This document shows, in pieces, positions 56,701 through 64,000 of a DNA stretch of 64,000 bases. The stretch covers positions 121,458,001 through 121,522,000 of the forward strand of contig OZ024741.1 in NCBI GenBank assembly GCA_964016885.1. Reading direction: 5' to 3'. This stretch comes from Eledone cirrhosa. Taxonomy: Eukaryota. The notes under the pieces are model-generated. The model had not been told where the DNA came from, searched no databases, and saw only the letters and a list, made by a program, of their open reading frames with translations. A program made the position numbers and the translations under genes. Position 1 is the stretch's first letter, and every line of letters begins with the position of its first letter.

Positions 56701-59597
56701 AGATCATAATTTGTGGTCCGTGTAGCTGACTATCTTGAATTGTGGACAGCCTTTGTTAGAGCTATCTATTTCCCTACAAAATACTCTATCTAGATATGAT
56801 CTGGATGACCATATGCGATTTGTCCAAGTCCACATTGGCACATTCGAGAAATCCAATCGGCACCTGTCAGACAGTTCAAAACGCCTGAGCAGGTTAGTGA
56901 GACTCTTGCACCCTCCTCCCCTATCCACTAATCCCACACAGTTCCAGCGTGCATCTAAGATCCCGTTCCAGTCGCCCACTAACACTAAAGAGCGGGACGT
57001 TCCAAGAAAGGTCTCCAGACGCCGGAAGAAATCAAGCCGCCCTTCTCCTGTTGGGGCATAGAAAGTTTGCCCTTCTCCGCTGGTCACGTCCAGCACCACC
57101 AACTTATCTTCTGGGTCCAGGAAGATGGCCCGTATGGCGAGATCCAAACCTTTCCGAAAAAGCACAGCAACTTCTCCACCCGATCCAGGACGGCTGGGAG
57201 ATGTGTACACATCGTAGCCGCCGAAGATCGGTGCGAAGGCCCGTGCTTCGGAGATTCTGGTCTCGCTGATGGCCACTACATCTATGTTTAGTGACCTGAG
57301 GTCATTGAGCAGGTGGCCCTGCTTCCATGACGACCCCAAGCCACTCGCGTTTATGCTGCCTATTCTGAGTGAGGTCATGTTGAAATGGAGTGGAAAAGAT
57401 GGGAAAGACCAATTACCTTACTTCTCGTAGAGGAAGGATGGTTTCTCCACCCCTTTTCACTTGATCGTCTGGTGAAGGGACCGTTGAATCGTCCCTTCGG
57501 CTGGTCGTCGGCTCTTCTGTGAGTATATCCGAATATACTCCCCGATTGAGTGTCCCTCCTAGGTCTCTGAAATCACCAACTACGTTGGGTAATTTCGTTT
57601 TAATGTTTGTGTATTGTTTCTTTGCTATTCTTACCAGTCTTATGTTCGTTGGTGTTTTGATTGGTGCTGGTATTATGTAGTCCTGCTGTGAAATGTCTGT
57701 GTGTTCAATTATGTAAGTCATTAGTTTCTTTTTGTGTGTATTTATTGCCGTGCATTTCTTTTTCTGGGGGTGGGGTGTGGTTCTGCTATTTTCTTGTCGT
57801 TGTTGCTGGGTGTGTGTGTTTTGTTGTTGTGTTTGCGATGTTGGTGCTTGTGGTGGTGGTGTTGAAGGTGTTGTTGTTGGCGCTGGGGTTGCCGCCGGTG
57901 GTGATGGTGGTGGTAGTGTGGGTGGTGATGGTGTTGGTGGTGTTGCTGCTGTAAGTCTCTTTGCAGTAGCCTTTACCCTTTTTTCCTTTCTTTCCTCCCT
58001 TTTTCGAAGGCGACGATGCGCTGCTTCTGCGTTTGTGCCTTCTTGCGACCTTTTGCCATCCCTCTACCATCTCACACACCATGTCCGATTCTGTGAGGTC
58101 GGGGAGGGGTACCAGCTCCACTCTTTCACTTGTTCTTGTTGGTGATGGTTGCAGTGGAGTCTCTGTTGCAGCTGCAGTTGGTATTACTGTTGTTGTTGTT
58201 AATACTTCCACTGCTGCTGCTGTTCTTGATTTCCGTGGCGTGGGTATGGGTGCCACGGACCTATCCTTCGTGCTTGCCGCCTCTCCTGTTTCTGGTAGCA
58301 GTGGAGCCGGTTTCGGAAGTAGGGGGGTTTTCTCCTTTCTCAGGGTCTTCTCATTGGTTAGTTTGGATTAACATCTCAATGGAAGTGCCGACCCAATCTT
58401 CTCGTACTTTTTTCTGTACTTGCAGTACAATTGTTTTGTCCTCGATTCCGACGAGGACAGACGCGGCCAGCCAAGAAGGGGCCACAATTTTTTGCCCGCA
58501 GTAGGAGGGCACCAACACCATTTCCTCGTTCCTTAGGGTCACTAAGGATTGAGCCTTTGCCTCCTGGGGATGGTAAAAAGCACATTCACGGTGGCATATT
58601 TCTTGCCTCGGGTGATATGCGTTTTCCGCTGCCACACACACCCTAAGGCTTTTTGTATTTGAGCCTCTGTGGCTCTTTCAACCCCACGGGATTTTGTGCT
58701 TACTGTACGGTACGTGACCGTACAGTGCTGTTGGGTTTCGAAAAACTTTTCGGCTGCCTTGCAGATTGCTCGGTGTCTGGTTTTCGTCACTATCTTCTTT
58801 GCTTCCTGTAATTCCTCATTTATTATAAGGATGTTTCCAGGTTCTTTGCGATACCTGCAAACGAGATTGGTTTTTCTTTCTTGTTGTTGGTGTTGTTGTC
58901 GTCAGAGCTGCTGTTACTTTTGTTGCTGCTGCTGGTACTACGACCGCCGCCGCCGTCGCTGTGGTTGTTGTTGTTGTTGCTGCTGCTGCTGTTGTTGTTT
59001 CTGTTGCTGCTGCTGCTGTTGTTGTTTATGCTACTGCTGATGTTGTTGCGGCTGCTACTAGTGTTTTCCTTTTCACTGTTGCTGCTGCTGCTGTTATTAC
59101 GGCTGCTGCTGCTATTCTTCATGACGTCAGACGAATGAAATGGCTTTCCGTGTTTACCGCACACATTTTTCGTCGTTGTCGTCGTCGTGGAGAAATGTTC
59201 CACGTTATGCACGTGCTCTTGGTAAAAGCTATCAGAAACTATATTTTCCTTTTTCTTTAATGGCGTCGCTTGCGAAAGAGAAGGGAGGGAGAGAGACAAT
59301 CTTTTCTCTGATGTAGTGACGATTGAGGAAGAAGAAGACGGAATGAGTGGGAGTGACTTGTGAAAATTCTTTTTTGTAGCCATGTTTCTTTTGGGTTAAA
59401 ATGAATATTGGGCACAAAACCCCAATAAGCGGTTATTTAACCCCAAAGGGCCAATTAACGGGCAGAAAGACCCCTCTCACGAGGAGGAAGGTTTCTTTAT
59501 CTACAATTTGGTTCAAGTTTTAAACAATTTACAATTGTTATAGCGGTTAAAAATTACTATACGTTACAGTGCCGAGCCTCCGTCAACCATGGCATTC
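53725..59597 (-). mobile_element. full-length Tx1/L1-clade LINE (ORF1 ~59383-57790; ORF2 APE-RT-ZnF from 57378), frameshifted
   Basis: MTSLRIGSINASGL, ISET, GDWN, YLDRVF, TDH, GPGYWKLN, KSPGLDGL, FRPITLLN, DQSKAFDRVDH, QGCPLS, YADD, CPRC..H...C. Confidence 0.92.
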
Positions 59598-59638
<41 letters not shown>

Positions 59639-59639
<1 letters not shown>

Positions 59640-59728
59640 TGTTTCTACTTTAGGCACAAGGCCAGCAATTACCCAGTGTATTACTGGTACTTTATTTTAT
59701 CAACCCCGTAAGGATGAAAAGCAAAGTC

Positions 59729-59779
<51 letters not shown>

Positions 59780-59872
59780 TGTTTCTACTTTTGGCACAAG
59801 GCCAGCAATTACGCAGTACATTACTGGTACTTTATTTTATCGACCCCGTAAGGATGAAAGGCAAAGTTAACC
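59639..59872 (-). mobile_element. two 5'-truncated family 1 SINEs within (AAT)n tracts
   Basis: 59639-59729 and 59779-59872, each preceded by (AAT)n. Confidence 0.85.
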
Positions 59873-60086
59873 TTCTACGACTTCTTTTATACCATAAACG
59901 TGGTTTTGTCTTTGCGTGTAATTGTTTTTCACCGCTCCAAATAATGACGTATTACATTCGTTTTTTCCCGTTCTTTGCCAGGGAACGTTTCCACGAACCA
60001 AAGTATCGTCTTCCTGTCTTCCTGTCTTCCTCCGGCTGCAACGTTTTTTGAAATATTTACTTCTGTGTTCACAGATTGACTTTGTT

Positions 60087-60137
60087 AGTTTCAGAAGATC
60101 CCGTTAAGGGTGAAAGCAGCGATTCTTTGCTTAAACT
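60087..60137 (+). ncRNA. hammerhead-like motif with U4A core
   Basis: AGUUU-CAGAAGA-UCCC(GUUAA)GGGU-GAAA-GCA..UGC-UU-AAACU; truncated copy at 26247-26287. Confidence 0.6.
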
Positions 60138-60153
60138 TAAATCTGTTATTTTA

Positions 60154-60264
<111 letters not shown>

Positions 60265-60489
60265 TGACATTCTGAAACAAACCTCCATTTTGCCTGGAGA
60301 AACGGTAGATGGAATTGGAATAAAAAACTTGGTTTTCATTTTGTATCAAGTATTTATGCTCTGTGGCTTTCACAGTTGTCAACTACAAGTGTTCTAACCC
60401 ATTGGACTTGGATTTCTGCATGCTGTCGATTCTAGTAATACATTGAGCTTTACGCACCTTACCAAAAGTAATAGTTGATTATTCCACTC

Positions 60490-60588
<99 letters not shown>

Positions 60589-60979
60589 AAATGTGTGTAA
60601 TCCTTGGTACAATTAGGTATATTAAGACAAGGGGGAAGAAAAAATGGCTTCACTTGTGCTTTCAACAAATTTATTTTCTTCACAAATTCCAAAAAGAATT
60701 TTTTTCCGGATTAGAAAAAATTTTTTTCTTAAAAAAAATTATTTTATAAATTAAGTTGTTGGTTGTTGGTTAGGTCTTAGGAGTTCTTGGTTAACGTAGG
60801 AGGTATTGTTTCGTTTTTAGAACGACCTTTCACGCTGAGGTGCGCTTGTCAAACTGATGTGTATGTGGTGTGTTGTTCTATATATAGGGATTTAACATGT
60901 CTGTGGTGTGGTGGGGGTTTCTTTTCTCCCCCTTTAATAAGTGTATGGGTGTAGGTGTGTTGAAAAAGTGTTAATAGCA

Positions 60980-63690
60980 GAACTCAGGAAAATACAACAA
61001 CACAAGAAATGAAGCACCCACACACAATAAACCAACAACAACCAGATATTGGGTAACCCCAAACACACAACTACATACAGACCCAATACTCAACACCAGA
61101 ACCAGATACAACCACTGCCATAACACCAAGAACAATTACCGGAGACAAAATCAAAGACACATGAATACTGAACGAAACAACAGAAGAACCAGACCCCCAT
61201 ACAGCAACGACCACGCAAGAGTCTATCGCACAACCAGTTACCGGCATGAAGTTCCGGCGGGCCAAAGGTTTCACCACAACAGAAACACCCCTATCCCAAA
61301 TGGCACCCATTTTTTAGGACTAGGGGCCTCGCACCAAATGAAAGAAAGAAAGAAAAAAGCACCACCTTTCAAGTGGCACTTGACAAGAAAGAACCAATCG
61401 AACCAAAAATAATCAATATATCAGTCAAGAAATTAACACAACCAGAAATACAACTGTTAGAAAATGGACTGAAGTTCACTCCCACTCCGAAAGCAGATAC
61501 AGCCGATGTTATAAAAGACACAGAAGAATACTGTCGAAAATTACGCTTAGGAGAATTCTTCCAGGGTGTACAATACGAGGAAGAATCACTGGTGAAAAAC
61601 AAAAAGAACTTCACAACCCCGCTAAATAGATATAAATACCTGGAGGGATACATAACCTTCCTTCGCCGATCAGCACGTACAAATACGGCCGAGACGAAAC
61701 ACAAACGCAACATCCCTACAGACCAACTACTAGCATTGAACAAGCTACAAAGGGATTCCTCAATAATAATAAAAGAAGCGGACAAAGGTGGAGCAATCAT
61801 CATCATGGACACAAACAACTACAAAGATATGGTTCTAGCACACTTGAATGACGAAAACTTCTACAGGAAAATCATTAAAAACGAAGAAAGGAAATCGAGG
61901 AACCAAATAGGCAAACTAACAACAAAGTACCAAAACAACCTAACACCAAAAGAAGTAGATTACCTAACCAACTTCGAAATGAAAACCAGCAATTTCTATG
62001 GATTACCAAAAATTCACAAATCCATAGAAATCCAAAACAACATAAAAGGGAAAAATACATCATACATCGAAGCACCAAAACCGACAGACTTAAAATTACG
62101 CCCCATTATTGCTGGCCCAGCCTCAAGCACACAACGTCTAAGCAACCTATTAGACATCATACTCAAACCCCTATGTAAAAAAGTTCCAAGCTACATCAGA
62201 GATGATATGGAATTCCTTAACTATATCCCCCCAAAAGTACACCAGGATACAATCCTAGTCAGTTTTGATGTAATAAGCCTGTACACTAACATCCCACACG
62301 ACCTAGGGATTGAAGCTGTGGACTTCTGGATTACAAAACACTCAAGTCACATTTCAGAAAGATTCCCCAAAGAATTCATCTTGGAAGGACTTAAATTAGT
62401 ATTGGAAAACAACCACTTCCTCTTTGACAACGAACTTTATCTACACATAAAAGGAACAGCCATGGGTACCAAAGAGGCCCCTACATATGCAACGCTCGTT
62501 ATGGGTCAGTTAGAGGCAAAATTATATTCCCAACTACAGATAACATTCAGTCACGACTTCGCCTTCTACATTAATAAAAACTGGAAACGTTACCTAGATG
62601 ACTGCTTCATCTTCTGGAACAGAAGCCAAACAGACCTACAAAAATGTTATTCGATCCTAAACAGGCTTCATGAAGCTATACAATTCACTATGGAATGTAA
62701 CGAAAAGGAACTGCCCTTTCTAGATATCCTCATCATTAAAGAAGGGGAAAATATCATAACGGACCTATTTTGCAAACCCACTGACACACACTAATACTTA
62801 AATTTCCGGTCAGCACACCCCCTCACATACGAAAAGGAACATTCCCTTCAACATGGCAAGGCGAATCTGCACTATAGCAACACACCCCGTACTACAAGAA
62901 AAAAGATTATGTGACCTGAAAAAATTCCTTAAAAAACAAGAATACCCGATGAAACTCATCAACGCAGCATCTCCAAGGCTAAGAACATCCCAATAACAAC
63001 ACTGAGAAAACCAAACCCACAACATAAAAAAGAAAACCCTGCTATCTCTTTTGTCATCACTCACAACCCAGGGAACATCAACATTGTGAAAACTGCTAAG
63101 CAGTATCTCCCGATTCTACAGCAATCTACCAAAATGAATGCACTCTTAAAAAACACACAGATAATTTATAGCAGACGCCAAGCACCCAACCGTAAAAAAC
63201 TAATTACCAAGGCAAAATTTACGACCAACATGGAATCAATGCAAGTGACGAAATGCGGGGACCCTAGATGTGGAACCTGTGAACTCATCGAAGAGGGCAA
63301 ACAGTTGTCCTTCAAAAGCCATGATAATTTCAAGGTCAATGCTAACATGAACTGCAAAACGAAAAACCTAATATATTGCGCAACATGTCCACAGTGTAAA
63401 GAGTATTACATTGGGGAAACCGGAACGGGATTACATGATAGAGTCCGGGTACATAAACAACAAATTAAAGACCCCACAGTCAGAAATACCACATGTAGCG
63501 CACACTTTGCATCATGCGGGAAGGGAAAATTCATAATCTTCCCTTTCTTCAAGATATGGTCGGATAACGAACATTTCCGCAGATATAAAGAAGAATTCTT
63601 CATTGAAAAATTTAAACCACTACTGAACACGAAAAAATGAATTAACACTCGGAGGTAAAATTCCATTTCACTACCCCCCCCCCTCTTCTT
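60980..63690 (+). mobile_element. Penelope-like element (Neptune-type Cys linker), near full length
   Basis: GLKFTPTP, KEADKGG, FYGLPKIHK, LRPII, FDVISLYTNI, GTAMGT, RYLDD, LPFLD, CGDPRCGTC, YIGETG; TAA stop at 62794 and a frameshift. Confidence 0.92.
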
Positions 63691-63839
63691 ATGTATACAC
63701 ATGAATATCTGAGTGAACGGTGAGACACACACATATATGTGTGTAGGTATGTATGGATGTATGTACGTGTGGGTATATATGTATGTGGGTGTGTGTATGT
63801 GTGTGTGTATATATATGTATGGATGTGTGTATGTTTGTA

Positions 63840-63888
<49 letters not shown>

Positions 63889-63951
63889 ATGTGTGTATAT
63901 ATATGTATATGTATATGTATGTATGTGTATGTTTGTATATATATATGTGTA

Positions 63952-63989
<38 letters not shown>

Positions 63990-64000
63990 TAGGGATATAT

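Noticed and set aside
61373-63640. Selenocysteine recoding as in Naiad PLEs
   Set aside because: The interrupting stop is TAA, not TGA, and the endonuclease is C-terminal, whereas Naiads have it N-terminal

Overview
Eukaryotic, AT- and microsatellite-rich DNA; the SINE/LINE repertoire suggests an octopus (coleoid cephalopod), which is inference. The backbone is a minus-strand gene, of which 15 GT-AG exons (7734-51463, 2700 nt, phases all compatible) can be spliced by hand. They encode Sushi x3 - HYR x2 - Sushi - ~150-aa linker - ephrin-receptor-like (GCC2/GCC3) x3 - EGF x4, the central cassette of SVEP1/uninflatable-type extracellular proteins. No start or stop is identified, so both ends probably lie outside the window. 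The introns and flanks hold decayed retroelements: Dong/R4 RLE-LINEs, a full-length Tx1/L1, a twin-primed RTE, a Hero-like fragment, three Penelope-like elements (PLEs), tRNA-derived SINEs and Helentron/HINE-like elements. The strongest unexplained signal is about 20 type-I hammerhead ribozyme (HHR) motifs from about 9 sequence families. They sit in short (TA)n-embedded elements, many as fold-back palindromes centred on the ribozyme, and include compensated U3-A8 core variants and copies on the host pre-mRNA strand. All calls are by eye; no database search or folding program was run.
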